The translations under genes and the position numbers were made by a program. This document shows positions 10,528 to 21,561 of a stretch of DNA of 64,000 bases, piece by piece (positions within the stretch are counted from its first letter, which is position 1; every line of letters starts with the position of its first letter). This DNA is from Dehalococcoides mccartyi (GTDB lineage Bacteria; Chloroflexota; Dehalococcoidia; GIF9; DYGU01), in assembly GCA_020724525.1 (NCBI GenBank), contig DYGU01000004.1, forward strand, positions 35,100 to 99,099, written 5' to 3'. The notes below the pieces were generated by a model. That model was not told where the DNA came from, did no database searches, and saw only the letters and a program-made list of their open reading frames with translations.

Positions 10528-10920
10528 ATGAATTGTCGTAAGTTAAAGAAAGTATTTCCTATTTTGTCGGGCATCCTGTTAACGGGGTGTGATTTATTAG
10601 CACCAGCACCTCAGCAGTCTCAGCCCCCTCAGCCGCCTCTGTCTGTACCTCCTCCAGTGCCTTCAATTCTTAAGGAAGTTGTTTCTTCCAAAGAGCCATT
10701 TATACGACAGTTTAGATGGCGACATGGTTCCAAACCTTATACTTGGGAACTACAAATACCGAATGAACTTTATACTTACTATAGGCAGAAACCCAGACCT
10801 CCCACAAAGAACTACTCAGTTTATGTGACTGATCCGTATGATGACCAATACATAGGAATGTTTGTAAAGTCGATTAAGGAAGCTGCCATAAGAGACAAAA
10901 TGGGTGTGGGGAGACTATAA
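10528..10920 (+). CDS. Proline-rich lipoprotein, function unknown.
   Basis: Signal peptide with lipobox LLTGC, followed by a PQQSQPPQPPLSVPPPVP tract. Confidence 0.5.
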   Translation: MNCRKLKKVFPILSGILLTGCDLLAPAPQQSQPPQPPLSVPPPVPSILKEVVSSKEPFIRQFRWRHGSKPYTWELQIPNELYTYYRQKPRPPTKNYSVYVTDPYDDQYIGMFVKSIKEAAIRDKMGVGRL

Positions 10921-11003
10921 ACTTTGTTATCTCCTTTGTACAGAGCCTCCCTTATACCTCTGATTCAGTTACAGCTGGGTTTGATGAGTATCCGCGGTAT
11001 CCT

Positions 11004-11565
11004 ATGGAGACATTAGTCGATTATGGTGGTGATTGCGAAGATACTTCTATCCTGATGGCAGCAATTCTCACTGCAATGGGATATGGAGTTGTCTTAATTG
11101 GACTGCCACGCCATATGGCAGTGGGAGTTTTAGGTGGCGAAGGCATTTATGGAAGTTATTATGAACACGAAGGGAAGAAATATTTCTATTTGGAAAATCG
11201 GGCAAATTCCGGAGGAATACAAAGGCAAGGGTGCTTACATCTATGACATCGAACCAATTCCAATTCTAACTCATAAATGGAAAGCAGTAATTGAGGCTTA
11301 CCAAGTAAAATTAACTGTCACTATCCAGAATTTGGGCACTGCCACTGCCTATAATGCGCACATCTTTGCTGGTTTTGATGCTGGTGGAGCGATGGTGTGG
11401 AACGCGAAACAGTCTGAACCTTTTACACTCAGCCCTAATTACAAAATAACTCAAACCATATATCTTGATATACCAAGGGGAAAACATACTCGGCTACTAA
11501 TTCAAATTGTGCATAATGGGTATAGTGTTGATCAAAGCCATTCAAGTTGGTTTAATACCAATTAG
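11004..11565 (+). pseudogene. Transglutaminase-like cysteine-peptidase-domain gene, frameshifted.
   Basis: Two overlapping ORFs in different frames (11004-11246 and 11134-11565). The first carries a transglutaminase-like core (YGGDCEDTSILMAAIL...HMAVGV). The reading frame is open upstream of the only ATG. A +1/-1 shift near 11140-11240 is needed to join the halves. Confidence 0.45.
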
Positions 11566-11577
11566 GGCAAACTTTGT

Positions 11578-13512
11578 CTAAATGTCTAAGTTTCTCACGT
11601 TTCGGGCATGGGCTTGGATGAAGTTCCTGCGGGGTGGCACTTCATCGCCCATCAACATGCGGAAGACCCAGTCTGCAGTTATCGCATCTTCTATTTCCGC
11701 CCGGAGTAAAGTTCGAGTAGTTGGGTTCATAGTTGTTTCCCAGAGTTGTTCTGGGCTCATTTCTCCAAGTCCTTTGTAGCGCTGGATTTCGAAACGGTCG
11801 CCCTTTAATTCCTTAAGCTTTGCCTCTTTTTCTTTTTCAGAATAGACCCAGAAGTGCTGTTTCCCGGCTTGAATACGGTAAAGTGGTGGCTGGGCGATGA
11901 AAAGATGACCCTGGTTGATTAGCCCCACCATATGGCGATAGAAAAAGGTGAGCAAAAGGGTCCGAATATGAGAGCCGTCCACATCAGCATCAGTCATAAT
12001 GATTATAGTGTGATACCGGAGTTTGGAGAGGTCCAGTTGGTCGCCGGTTCCAGTTCCTAAAGCTGTGATAATTGCCCGAATTTCCTCCTGCTCAAATATC
12101 TTATCTTTAGAAGCCTTTTCTACGTTGAGGATTTTGCCTCGTAAGGGGAGGATAGCTTGAAAACGGCGGTCTCGACCTTGTTTGGCTGAGCCACCAGCAG
12201 AGTCGCCTTCAACTATAAATAGTTCGCTCCGCCTCGGGTCTTTTTCGGAGCAATCAGCTAATTTTCCGGGCAGTGTAGCTGTTTCAAAGGCGCTTCTCTT
12301 GAAGATAAGATCGCGAGCCTTTCGGGCAGCTTCCCTGGCTTTAGCTGTAATGAAACATTTATCAATAATTGTTTTCGCCTCGTTAGGGTGCTGTTCCAGA
12401 TAAGTTGATAAGCCATCACTCACTGTCGCTTCTACATGAGTTTTTATTTCGGGGTTACCTAATTTGGCTTTAGTTTGACCTTCAAACTGGGGTTCGGGAA
12501 TTTTGACACTGATAATAGCTGTCAATCCCTCTCGAACATCTTCCCCTATTAGGTTAGGGTCAGCATCTTTAATGAGTTTGTTTTTTCGGGCATAGTCATT
12601 AAGGACACGGGTCAGAGCCGAGCGAAAACCAGTAAGATGACTGCCACCATCTACGGTGTTGACACAGTTGGCAAAACTGAAAATAGTCTCATTAAAACCA
12701 TCATTATATTGAATAGCTGCTTCAACCATAGTACTGTTGATTACCCGGGATAGATAGATAGGCCGAGAATGAAGAACAGTTCTCCTTTTGTTGAGACGTT
12801 GGACAAAACTGGCTATTCCTCCCTCGAAGTAGAAAGTTGCCTCTTGGTCACTTCGTTCGTCAATAAGAGTTAGTTGGAGATTCTTATTTAAGTAGGCTAA
12901 TTCTCGGAGACGCTGACAAATAGTGTCAAAATCGTAATTAAGCTCGCCAAATATTTCCCAATCGGCTAAAAAGGTGACGGTTGTCCCGGTATTATTGGCG
13001 TCACCAACTTCTTTTACTTCACCAGTGGGAATACCATGACGATATTCCTGCCGGTAATACTTACCTTGGCGTCTAACTTCAACTTTAAGCCACGAAGACA
13101 GGGCATTTACTACTGAAGCACCCACTCCATGTAAGCCGCTGGATACGGTGTAAGTATGTCCTCCAAATTTGGCGCCAGCATGGAGGCGAGTCATTACTGC
13201 TTCCAGGGCTGAGGTGTTTGTGGCTGCGTGGTAGTCTACAGGTATGCCTCGTCCATTATCACTAACGGTAACAGAGCCATCCTTGTGGATGATTACTTCG
13301 GTGTGGTCACAGTAACCAGCCATAGCTTCGTCTATACTGTTATAGACTATTTCATAGACGAGGTGATGTAAGCCACGCTGGTCAGTACTTCCAATATACA
13401 TACCGGGACGCCGTCTTACTGCTTCCAGCCCGTCTAAAACACGGATATCTTCGGCAGTATAGGTGCTTTCTGGTTGTCCCCAAGTATTAGCAGTGTCTTG
13501 TGCCATAGTCAT
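11578..13512 (-). CDS. gyrB: DNA gyrase subunit B.
   Basis: 644 aa with a GHKL ATPase N-terminus, a TOPRIM domain ([19 protein letters not shown]), and a C-terminal tail. Confidence 0.95.
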   Translation of the reverse strand: MTMAQDTANTWGQPESTYTAEDIRVLDGLEAVRRRPGMYIGSTDQRGLHHLVYEIVYNSIDEAMAGYCDHTEVIIHKDGSVTVSDNGRGIPVDYHAATNTSALEAVMTRLHAGAKFGGHTYTVSSGLHGVGASVVNALSSWLKVEVRRQGKYYRQEYRHGIPTGEVKEVGDANNTGTTVTFLADWEIFGELNYDFDTICQRLRELAYLNKNLQLTLIDERSDQEATFYFEGGIASFVQRLNKRRTVLHSRPIYLSRVINSTMVEAAIQYNDGFNETIFSFANCVNTVDGGSHLTGFRSALTRVLNDYARKNKLIKDADPNLIGEDVREGLTAIISVKIPEPQFEGQTKAKLGNPEIKTHVEATVSDGLSTYLEQHPNEAKTIIDKCFITAKAREAARKARDLIFKRSAFETATLPGKLADCSEKDPRRSELFIVEGDSAGGSAKQGRDRRFQAILPLRGKILNVEKASKDKIFEQEEIRAIITALGTGTGDQLDLSKLRYHTIIIMTDADVDGSHIRTLLLTFFYRHMVGLINQGHLFIAQPPLYRIQAGKQHFWVYSEKEKEAKLKELKGDRFEIQRYKGLGEMSPEQLWETTMNPTTRTLLRAEIEDAITADWVFRMLMGDEVPPRRNFIQAHARNVRNLDI

Positions 13513-13725
13513 TTCGTTTCGGGCTCAAAAAGAGAAGGATTTGGGGTTATTTAGAAGACTGGAGAGAGATTGGTGGTGCTCTCCTTTGTCTTGAGAAAAG
13601 ACATCTTTGGTGAAGGATAACACAAACATATTTTATCATATTTTTGGTCGCGGTTAAAGGAGCCGAATTGCCTCCTTTAATGAGGGGTGTAAAATTGGGT
13701 GGACTGGCGAGCTGAATCTGTAAAA

Positions 13726-15060
13726 TCAACCTTTATCTTGACTTAGAAGGACTTGGAGATGGGTTATGGCAACAGCCTTTTGCTCGCCACTAAGCAGGTC
13801 ACGCAAGGTTACCACTTGGGTTTTCAGTTCCTCAGTGCCGATGATTATGGCGTAGTGGCAATCTAAACTATTGGCTTGCCTTAGCTGGGCTTTCAGGCTT
13901 CTGTCACCGACAGCGGCTATTACAGGAATCCCGGCCTGGCGCAGTTTAGAGGCAATCTTTATGGCTTCTTTTTCAGTTTCACTTCCAACATGAGCGATAA
14001 AGACCGTGGCTCTGGGTAAAGTTGGGGGAGATATTCCTTGTTTGACTAAATTGGTAATAATCCGCTCCAAGCCAGCAGCAAAGCCAACAGCGGGAGTAGG
14101 CTTGCCACCGAGTTCTTCAATGAGGTCATCATAGCGTCCGCCACCCCCAAGAGCTGTTTGTGCCCCGGCTTCTGTTTGGGGTTGAACTTCAAAGACAGTC
14201 CTGGTGTAGTAGTCCAATCCCCGGACTAATTTGTGGTCCAATTGAAAGGGAAGCTCAAGGACTACCAAATATTCTTGAACTTTGTCAAAATGGCTCTGGC
14301 ATTTGGGGCAGAGGTATTCAATGCTTTTTGGTGCCAGTTCGGCTAAATTCAAGCAGGCTAACTTTTTACAATCAAGGAGGCGTAGCGGGTTTCTTTCCAG
14401 CCTGGTTTGACAATCGGGGCAGAGGGAAGATATATGCCTTGAGTAATATTCCTTTAGGGCTTTCACGTATTCGGGGCGACATAACCAACAACCGATACTA
14501 TTTAATTTGAAAGAAAACTGGGTAAGACCCAGGGTAGAATAGAATTGTCTTGTCATATCAATGACTTCGGCATCAAGAGCGGGGTCACCATCGCCTATAG
14601 CTTCAAAACCAAACTGATGGTGCTGCCGATAGCGTCCAGCTTGGGGGCGTTCATATCGGAAAATAGTCGCCAGGTAGTAGAGTTTGACCGGTTGCGGTAA
14701 ATTATATAGACCGTGCTCCAGATAAGCCCGGCACACCGGGGCTGTCCCTTCTGGTCTTAAAGTTAGTTTCTTGCCCCCTTTGTCCTTGAAGGTATACATT
14801 TCTTTGGTCACAATATCTGTCTCTTCACCTATACTTCGGACAAAGAGGTGGAAATCTTCGAAGACGGGAGTCTCCAAACGCTGGTAGCCATAAAGAGTGC
14901 ACAAGGCAATGGCTTTATCCTCCACATATCTCCAGTAGGCTTGTTCTTCAGGTAGAATATCTGAGGTCCCTCTGGGTGCTTTGTACAAAAGAAAGTCCTC
15001 CAGGTTTGATATTGATTTAGAGGATACAGCATAGGAAGCGACTTTGTAAAGCGTTTGCAC
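13726..15060 (-). CDS. hisS: Histidine--tRNA ligase. The true start is probably downstream of the first ATG, for example TTG near 14985.
   Basis: Class II aaRS motifs (KAPRGTSDILPEE, TLRPEGTAP, FRYERPQAGRYRQHHQFGFE) and a C-terminal anticodon-binding domain. Confidence 0.9.
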   Translation of the reverse strand: MQTLYKVASYAVSSKSISNLEDFLLYKAPRGTSDILPEEQAYWRYVEDKAIALCTLYGYQRLETPVFEDFHLFVRSIGEETDIVTKEMYTFKDKGGKKLTLRPEGTAPVCRAYLEHGLYNLPQPVKLYYLATIFRYERPQAGRYRQHHQFGFEAIGDGDPALDAEVIDMTRQFYSTLGLTQFSFKLNSIGCWLCRPEYVKALKEYYSRHISSLCPDCQTRLERNPLRLLDCKKLACLNLAELAPKSIEYLCPKCQSHFDKVQEYLVVLELPFQLDHKLVRGLDYYTRTVFEVQPQTEAGAQTALGGGGRYDDLIEELGGKPTPAVGFAAGLERIITNLVKQGISPPTLPRATVFIAHVGSETEKEAIKIASKLRQAGIPVIAAVGDRSLKAQLRQANSLDCHYAIIIGTEELKTQVVTLRDLLSGEQKAVAITHLQVLLSQDKG

Positions 15061-17295
15061 TTATTCTTTTATTTGCGTTATCATACGGCTGGTAGTTCAG
15101 GAATCGGGGCTATGGTTCTCCTGGAAAAAGCTGGAAGATATTTACCTCCAGAAAAGTTAGCTATGGTGGAGGCTGCTTACCAGTTTGCCTTAAAAGCCCA
15201 CCAGGGGCGGAAAAGGAAATCTGGCGAACCCTATCTGGAGCATCCTTTAGCAACTGCTTTAACCCTATCTGAATTAGAACTGGATGCCACTACCTTAGTA
15301 GCCGCTTTACTCCATGATGTTCCTGAGGATTGTGGTGTCCCTCTCTCTGAGATTGAGCGTAATTTTGGTTCTGAAGTAAAGAAGTTAGTTGATGCCACGA
15401 CTAAGCTGGGTAAGGTTGCCTGGAAAGATAGCACTAAAACGGAGACTCCTTGGAAACGTCAGGGTAAACGCGGTTCTCAAGCCGAGTACCTGAGACGCAT
15501 GCTAATAGCTATGGCGGAAGACTTGCGCGTGGTTTTCATAAAGTTAGCCGATAGATTACATAATATGCGGACTTTGGGCACTCTTTCCCCAGAGAAAAGA
15601 CGAACTGTGGCTAAAGAGACTTTAGAAATATATGCCCCTTTAGCACATCGTTTGGGTATACGGGGGATTAAATGGCAATTAGAAGACTTAGCCTTCCGAT
15701 ATTTGGATGCTCAACAGTATCATCGAATTGCTCGATTGGTAGCCACCCGGCGAGTCCAGAGAGAAAGTTTTGTGAATGAAATTGCCCAAACTTTAGAAAC
15801 AGAGTTAAATAAAGCTGGTATAAAAGCCGAAGTTTCCGGGAGACCCAAGCACATCTATAGCATCTGCAAGAAAATGGAGAAATATTCTTCTTTAGGTAAA
15901 GATTTTGACGATGTTCATGACCTTTTTGCCTTTCGTATTCTTGTAGGTACCCCCTCTGATTGCTATAGAAGTTTAGGGATTGTCCATGGTTTGTGGCATC
16001 CTCTTCCCGAAGAGTTTAATGATTTTATTGCTAATCCAAAGGATAATGGTTACCAGTCACTGCATACTGCAGTGTTGTGTCGGGGAGTGCCTCTTGAAAT
16101 ACAAATTAGAACTTACGAAATGCATCGGGTCGCTGAATATGGGGTAGCCGCTCACTGGAGATATAAGGAAGGTGAGACAAAAGATTTACACTTCGAACAG
16201 AAATTAGCCTGGCTCCGGCAACTTATTGAGTGGCAAGAAGAACTTAGCAGTGAGGAGTTTCTGGAGTCAGTTAAGACGGATGTCTTTATTGATCAGGTCT
16301 TTGTCTATACGCCTAAGGGTGAAATAATAGAGCTACCTAAAGGAGCCACACCCCTCGATTTTGCCTACCGCATTCATACTGAGCTCGGTCATCGCTGTAT
16401 TGGTGCTAAAGTAAACAATCGCCTGGTTACGTTAAATTACGAACTTAAGAACGGGGGAATTGTGGAAATTTTAACCTCCAAGGGGGTGAAAGGTCCCAGT
16501 CTTGATTGGCTAAATCCTGACCTGGGCTATATTAAGACTTCCCATGCTCGGGAAAAGATTCGGCAATGGTTTAAGAAACAGGAACGGGCACAAAACGTAG
16601 CTCGAGGTCGGCAACTTCTGGATAGAGAGCTAAAGCGATTAGGTATTTTGACCAATGTGGAGGAGGTAGCTAAGCTGTTCAACTTTGAGGATGGGGATGA
16701 GTTTTTTGCTGCTCTCGGCTATGGTGGCATTACCCCTCATCAGGTAGCCCTTAAATTGATGGCAGCCCCGGAGGCACCCCGAGTCACTGTGGAACCTTTT
16801 GTTCCGAAGAGAACCAGCTCGGCAAGTATAGAAGTGCTCGGGGTTGGTAACCTGCTCACGCGACTGGCTCGGTGTTGCCACCCCTTGCCCGGGGATGAGA
16901 TAATTGGTTATATTACTCGTAGCCGTGGGGTTACCGTTCATCGCCAGGATTGCCTCACTATGCTAAACCAGAAAGAAAAGGAGCGATTGATTGGAGTAAA
17001 CTGGGGGTCTGTCCAGGAAGTTTACCCGGCGGTTATCCAGGTGGATGCTTGGGATAGGGTGGGTTTGCTTCGAGATATCACTGCGGTAATTGCTGAGGAT
17101 GGGGTGAATATAACCAGTGTCAACATGACGGAACATGGTGACAGCACTATATCTATATTGCTTACTTTGGAAATCAAAAATATGGCTCAATTAACTCGCT
17201 TATTGTCTCGAATTCAGGGTGTTCGAAGCGTTACCGGTGCCTCAAGAAAAAGCGAGGCAGAGATAAGCCTGGCCCAAAGTCCAAAGATTGACTAA
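15055..17295 (+). CDS. relA: Bifunctional (p)ppGpp synthetase/hydrolase RelA/SpoT. The likely start is the Met at 15112 (MVLLEKAG).
   Basis: HD domain (HDVPED), synthetase domain, TGS and C-terminal ACT domain. It is divergent from hisS. Confidence 0.9.
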   Translation: MHLFFYLRYHTAGSSGIGAMVLLEKAGRYLPPEKLAMVEAAYQFALKAHQGRKRKSGEPYLEHPLATALTLSELELDATTLVAALLHDVPEDCGVPLSEIERNFGSEVKKLVDATTKLGKVAWKDSTKTETPWKRQGKRGSQAEYLRRMLIAMAEDLRVVFIKLADRLHNMRTLGTLSPEKRRTVAKETLEIYAPLAHRLGIRGIKWQLEDLAFRYLDAQQYHRIARLVATRRVQRESFVNEIAQTLETELNKAGIKAEVSGRPKHIYSICKKMEKYSSLGKDFDDVHDLFAFRILVGTPSDCYRSLGIVHGLWHPLPEEFNDFIANPKDNGYQSLHTAVLCRGVPLEIQIRTYEMHRVAEYGVAAHWRYKEGETKDLHFEQKLAWLRQLIEWQEELSSEEFLESVKTDVFIDQVFVYTPKGEIIELPKGATPLDFAYRIHTELGHRCIGAKVNNRLVTLNYELKNGGIVEILTSKGVKGPSLDWLNPDLGYIKTSHAREKIRQWFKKQERAQNVARGRQLLDRELKRLGILTNVEEVAKLFNFEDGDEFFAALGYGGITPHQVALKLMAAPEAPRVTVEPFVPKRTSSASIEVLGVGNLLTRLARCCHPLPGDEIIGYITRSRGVTVHRQDCLTMLNQKEKERLIGVNWGSVQEVYPAVIQVDAWDRVGLLRDITAVIAEDGVNITSVNMTEHGDSTISILLTLEIKNMAQLTRLLSRIQGVRSVTGASRKSEAEISLAQSPKID

Positions 17296-17313
17296 GGGAA
17301 AGGAGGAAACAGA

Positions 17314-17592
17314 TTGCCTACTACTAAGCCCCGAGCCCAAAAAGCAGCCCGGTCTGCCGAAAAAAAACGGCTTCGGAATCGTTCTGTTCGCAGTGCTATA
17401 AAGACTTATATAACTAAAACTGAAAGACTTATTTCGAGCCGACAATTGGAATCAGCCCAACTGTCACTAACTGTTGCCATTCGGGCTTTGGATAAGGCAG
17501 TAAACAAGGGTGTTATCCACTCCAATAAGGCAGCCCGGCACAAATCCCGACTAATGAAAAAACTTAATCAGGCTTTGTCTTCTAACAGTTGA
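17314..17592 (+). CDS. rpsT: 30S ribosomal protein S20.
   Basis: 92 aa: PTTKPRAQKAARSAEKKRLRNRSVRSAIKTYITK. Confidence 0.9.
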   Translation: MPTTKPRAQKAARSAEKKRLRNRSVRSAIKTYITKTERLISSRQLESAQLSLTVAIRALDKAVNKGVIHSNKAARHKSRLMKKLNQALSSNS

Positions 17593-17653
17593 TGAGGGAT
17601 TTGATTTTGGGTACGGATAGTGTCACAATTTTAGTCAAACTCGAAGGTATAGG

Positions 17654-18226
17654 GTGATGCTTTTCCAGTTCCAGGCTGTTGGGCGTGACCTTTTTACCCG
17701 GGGACTTGTTTCCTCTCACAGTGGTAATTTGAGTATTAGACTTGGTGAGCGTTTGCTCATTACTCACCGGAATTCGAGGTTAGGTTGTCTTGAAGAGCAG
17801 GATTTGGTAGAAACAGGAATTTCCAGAAATGATCGGTCAACACCATTAGCCTCAACGGAGTTGGCTGTCCATCGTTTCATTTATCAACAGGCTCCAGTCC
17901 AGGCTATAGTCCATGCTCATCCCCCCTATACCGTTGCCTTGTCTTTCACCGAGTCGGAAATTGTCCCTTGGGATCTTGAAGGAAGGTTGCTTTTATCCAG
18001 GGTGCCAGTATTGTGTCAAAGAGAGGCAGTTAGACCGGGGGAACTGGCAGGTGAAATTGCCCAAACCCTCAAGGTACATAAAGTGGTTATTGTTCGCGGT
18101 CATGGCAGCTTCGCTACTGGTCAGCTCTTGGAAGAAGCCTACCATTACACCACCGCTTTAGAAGAGAGCTGCCGTCTTCTCTATTTACTGAAGACCTTAG
18201 GAATAACCCCTAACCAGACCTCTTAG
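17654..18226 (+). CDS. Class II aldolase/adducin-family protein (fuculose-phosphate aldolase or MTRu-1-P dehydratase-like).
   Basis: Carries SGNLSIR and HAHPPYTVALS motifs. Confidence 0.75.
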   Translation: MMLFQFQAVGRDLFTRGLVSSHSGNLSIRLGERLLITHRNSRLGCLEEQDLVETGISRNDRSTPLASTELAVHRFIYQQAPVQAIVHAHPPYTVALSFTESEIVPWDLEGRLLLSRVPVLCQREAVRPGELAGEIAQTLKVHKVVIVRGHGSFATGQLLEEAYHYTTALEESCRLLYLLKTLGITPNQTS

Positions 18227-18258
18227 CCCTTACTTTTTAAAGGATTTCCCTTGCCAAA

Positions 18259-19200
18259 TTAGCTGTGTTGTATCTTGGCTAACTTGGGATAGGTAGGGGT
18301 GCACCAGTCAAGGTATTTCGGGTTCTTCGCCTGGATTACAGCAAAATATAACTTTTGTAACTCTTTAGTTAATTTCCCAATTTCTCCGTTGCCGATGGGA
18401 CGATGGTCTATTTCTAAAATAGGGGTGATGTGGGCAGCCGTGCCGGTGAAAAAACACTCATCGGCAAGGTAAAGCTCACTCCGGTCTACAGACCTTTCTA
18501 TTGTTTCTATGCCCAGTTCCTTCTGAGCTAAGGTTATCACTGTGTCTCGAGTAATTCCCAGGAGGATGTTATCCGAGCTGGGTGGCGTTACCAGCTCTCC
18601 CTTTATGACGAGGAAGATATTTTCACCACTTCCCTCGGAAACATGACCGTCGTGAGTCAACAGTATAGCTTCATCATAACCATTTTCCCAGGCTTCTGTT
18701 TTGGCTAAGGCACTATTTACATATATACCAGTAATTTTCCCCCGAGCTGGTATCATGGTATCATCAATACGCCGCCAGGAGGAGGTGCAGCAACGACAAC
18801 CCTTTTCTACATCAAGGTAGGCAGGCAAAGTGGCTACAATAATAAGAAAGTCATCTTCCAAATCATACAGTCTGACTCCAATAGCTTCGGAGCCTTTATA
18901 AGCTAAGGGGCGGATATAAATATCCTCCTGATAGCCACTTCTTTCCACCACTTTCCGAGTCAATTCGCCTAACTCTTCAATGGAATAGGGCAAATTGATT
19001 TTCAACAGGCGACAGCCTTTGAGGAGACGCTCGTAATGGTCTTTAACCCGAAATAAATATAATTGTTCCTCGTCAGCATTCCAGTTGCCTCGGATACCAT
19101 CAAAACAGGCTGTGCCATAGTGGAAAGCATGAGTTAAAATGTTAATTTTAGCTTCGGAAAGAGGCACAAAGCGCTTCTGAAAATAAGCGTAAGGAGGCAA
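18259..19200 (-). CDS. ilvE: Branched-chain amino acid aminotransferase (class IV).
   Basis: 313 aa fold-type IV aminotransferase (FHYGTACFDGIRG, EGSGENIF, CFFTGTAAHITPI). Confidence 0.85.
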   Translation of the reverse strand: MPPYAYFQKRFVPLSEAKINILTHAFHYGTACFDGIRGNWNADEEQLYLFRVKDHYERLLKGCRLLKINLPYSIEELGELTRKVVERSGYQEDIYIRPLAYKGSEAIGVRLYDLEDDFLIIVATLPAYLDVEKGCRCCTSSWRRIDDTMIPARGKITGIYVNSALAKTEAWENGYDEAILLTHDGHVSEGSGENIFLVIKGELVTPPSSDNILLGITRDTVITLAQKELGIETIERSVDRSELYLADECFFTGTAAHITPILEIDHRPIGNGEIGKLTKELQKLYFAVIQAKNPKYLDWCTPTYPKLAKIQHS

Positions 19201-19289
19201 TTTTTGGTCTCCTTTCTTTATAAGTATCGGCTACTAATGGTTTTAAATTATAACTGTTGCTTTTATTAAAGGCAAGCGTTTGTTACAGG

Positions 19290-20456
19290 TTAGACCCCTT
19301 TTAGAGGAAGGGTTCGTCCAGTCTGGATAGAGGTAAAGCCGTATTTTCGGCGGATGCGGTCAATAGCCCGGTCTAAATGCTCTAATCTCTGTGTTTCTGA
19401 GTCAAGCATGGAGAGTTGTTTACCTTTCATCAAATTAGATACCTCAACACCAAGAAGGCGTACCAGCTTTTGCTTCCAGCTCAAAGCCCGACTCAGTAAT
19501 TGGAGGGCTGCGGTAAAGATAACCTCGTCCCTGTCGCTGGCTTCGGTTAAAGTCAGACGACGGCTAATAGTCTCAAAATCAGCATATCTCAGCTTTAGAG
19601 TTACTACTTTGGCTTGCTTGCCCTGGGAACGCAGTTCAGCGCCTAACCACTCGCATAAATAACGCAAAGTAGCCTGAAGAAAGGATTGGTCTAAAGTGTC
19701 CTCAGTGAAGGTAGTTTCCCGGCTGATAGATTTTGCCTCAGCCGGTGGTTCTACCTTTCGGTCATCTATGGCGTTGGCATAACGGTGAAGAATTAGCCCT
19801 GAAGCTCCAAAGTATTTCTTAAGGGAGTCCGGGGACATTTTAGCCAGCTGACCGATGGTAGTTATTCCTAATTCTCTCAATCTCTGTTCCGTCTTTTTAC
19901 CAATGCCGGGTAATTGACTAACAGGCAGAGGCGCCAGAAAAAGGCGTTCTTCCCCAGGGGCTACCTCGCATAGACCATCAGGCTTACACAGGTCTGAGGC
20001 AATTTTGGCAACAACCTTACAACCGGCAATACCGATGGAAGCCGTAAGCTTGAGCTCGTCTTTAATCCGTTCTTTTATCTTTAGGGCTAACTCGTGGGCA
20101 TGACCGAAAATACCTTCAGTGCCAGTAGCATCTAAGTAAGCTTCATCCAGCCCCACTGGCTCCAGATGGGGGGAGAAATTAGCCATAATTTCCATAAACC
20201 TATTTGAAGCTTCCTGGTACTGGGCAAAGTTACCTTGAATAAAAATAGCCTGGGGGCAGAGACGATAAGCCCGGATTAAAGGTATACCAGCCTTAATGCC
20301 AAAGTTTCGAGCTTCGTAAGATGCTGAAGCCACAACTCCACGGCGGTCAGGACGCCCCCCCACTACTACCGGTTTCCCTTTCAAGTTTGAGGCAAGGGCT
20401 TGCTCTACAGAAACAAAAAAAGCGTCTAAATCAATATGCAAAATGCGCCGGTTCAT
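19290..20456 (-). CDS. dinB: DNA polymerase IV (Y-family).
   Basis: N-terminus ILHIDLDAFFVSVEQ, palm and fingers motifs (VVVGG, SIGIAGCK), and a little-finger domain. Confidence 0.9.
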   Translation of the reverse strand: MNRRILHIDLDAFFVSVEQALASNLKGKPVVVGGRPDRRGVVASASYEARNFGIKAGIPLIRAYRLCPQAIFIQGNFAQYQEASNRFMEIMANFSPHLEPVGLDEAYLDATGTEGIFGHAHELALKIKERIKDELKLTASIGIAGCKVVAKIASDLCKPDGLCEVAPGEERLFLAPLPVSQLPGIGKKTEQRLRELGITTIGQLAKMSPDSLKKYFGASGLILHRYANAIDDRKVEPPAEAKSISRETTFTEDTLDQSFLQATLRYLCEWLGAELRSQGKQAKVVTLKLRYADFETISRRLTLTEASDRDEVIFTAALQLLSRALSWKQKLVRLLGVEVSNLMKGKQLSMLDSETQRLEHLDRAIDRIRRKYGFTSIQTGRTLPLKGV

Positions 20457-20521
20457 TTAGAGCAGCCTCATTTGTTCTTTTGCTACCTCAGCCTCTTTCC
20501 ATCCTTAAAATTTGCAACAAC

Positions 20522-20749
20522 TCACCTATTGCCACTTCTCTGTGGCTGGGGTGACGCAGGGGGCACAAAAGCTTTAAACCGGCGTTCAAAGGTATTTCTT
20601 TCCAGTAGAACTTGTCGTTGACACTTGAGGCATTTTATGCCGATATCAGCCCCTAACCTCACCACCTTCCACTCAAAACTGCCACAAGGATGCTTCTTGC
20701 GCAAACGGATGATGTCTCCTAACTTTATCTCTATCCTCATTTCTGGCAA
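20522..20749 (-). CDS. DUF951-family small protein.
   Basis: 75 aa: IEIKLGDIIRLRKKHPCGSFEWKVVRLGADIGIKCLKCQRQVLLER is the characteristic DUF951 pattern. Confidence 0.6.
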   Translation of the reverse strand: MPEMRIEIKLGDIIRLRKKHPCGSFEWKVVRLGADIGIKCLKCQRQVLLERNTFERRFKAFVPPASPQPQRSGNR

Positions 20750-20763
20750 TCTTAAACAATGCC

Positions 20764-21561
20764 TTAGCCGGAAATCAAGCGATTAATCCGGTCTCGAAAC
20801 TCCATAGAGACATGACGGGAGGCTTGAGCAAAGTCTTTCCCGGAAGAGGCATATAGAATTTGTCTGGATATGCTGATAATGGCTTTTCCCCCTCGGGCGT
20901 CAACCCCGTAGTTAACTGCCAGAGCCAGGTCTCCCCCTTGAGTCCCGACACCAGGTATCAGTATTGGCATTTCCGGGCATAGCTGGCGAAGGCGTTTCAG
21001 TTCTTCGGGATAGGTGGCTCCTACTACCAGCCCGATGTTACCGTAAGTATTCCACTCCTTAGCCCTTTGAGCTACTACTTCATATAAAGGTAGACCTGTA
21101 ATACAGGTAAGCCCCTGGAAATCTGAAGCCCCGGGATTAGATGTCCGACACAGGATGAAAACCCCTTTGTCATTATAGTCAAGGAAGGGCTGGATAGAAT
21201 CAAAGCCGAGATACGGATTAACGGTTGCCGCATCGCAGCCAAAAGTAGAGAAGATGGCTTTGGCATAAGCTTTAGCCGTATTACCGATATCGCTGCGTTT
21301 AGCATCACCGATTATAGGAATATGAGACGGTATAAACTTAATGGTCTTCTCCAAGATACCAAGTCCCTTTTTCCCCAGAGCTTCATAGAAAGCAAAATTA
21401 GGCTTATAGGCACAGACTAAGTCCGCTGTTGCCTCAATAATAGCTTTGTTGAAATCTAAAATGCTTACCCTAGGCATGAGTTCCGGGTCGGGGTCAAGTC
21501 CGATGCACAGCCAGCTCTTATTCTGCTGGCTTGCCTTGGAAAGTTTGTCTATAAATTTCAT
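20764..21561 (-). CDS. pyrF: Orotidine 5'-phosphate decarboxylase (long type-2 form).
   Basis: 265 aa with WLCIGLDPDPELMP, a DAKRSDIGNT catalytic Lys motif, and LIPGVGTQGG. Confidence 0.85.
   Translation of the reverse strand: MKFIDKLSKASQQNKSWLCIGLDPDPELMPRVSILDFNKAIIEATADLVCAYKPNFAFYEALGKKGLGILEKTIKFIPSHIPIIGDAKRSDIGNTAKAYAKAIFSTFGCDAATVNPYLGFDSIQPFLDYNDKGVFILCRTSNPGASDFQGLTCITGLPLYEVVAQRAKEWNTYGNIGLVVGATYPEELKRLRQLCPEMPILIPGVGTQGGDLALAVNYGVDARGGKAIISISRQILYASSGKDFAQASRHVSMEFRDRINRLISG

Noticed and set aside
12182-12403. Small ORFs antisense to gyrB (11582-11779 and 12182-12403)
   Set aside because: They sit entirely within the gyrB coding region on the opposite strand, with no independent support.
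13547-13729. 60 aa minus-strand ORF in the hisS-gyrB spacer
   Set aside because: It has no RBS and a low-complexity product, and it overlaps the probable gyrB promoter or 5' UTR. Judged non-coding.
20321-20621. Two plus-strand ORFs (20321-20554, 20436-20621) overlapping the dinB start and DUF951
   Set aside because: They are antisense to or overlapping better-supported genes, with repetitive Leu/Pro-rich translations.
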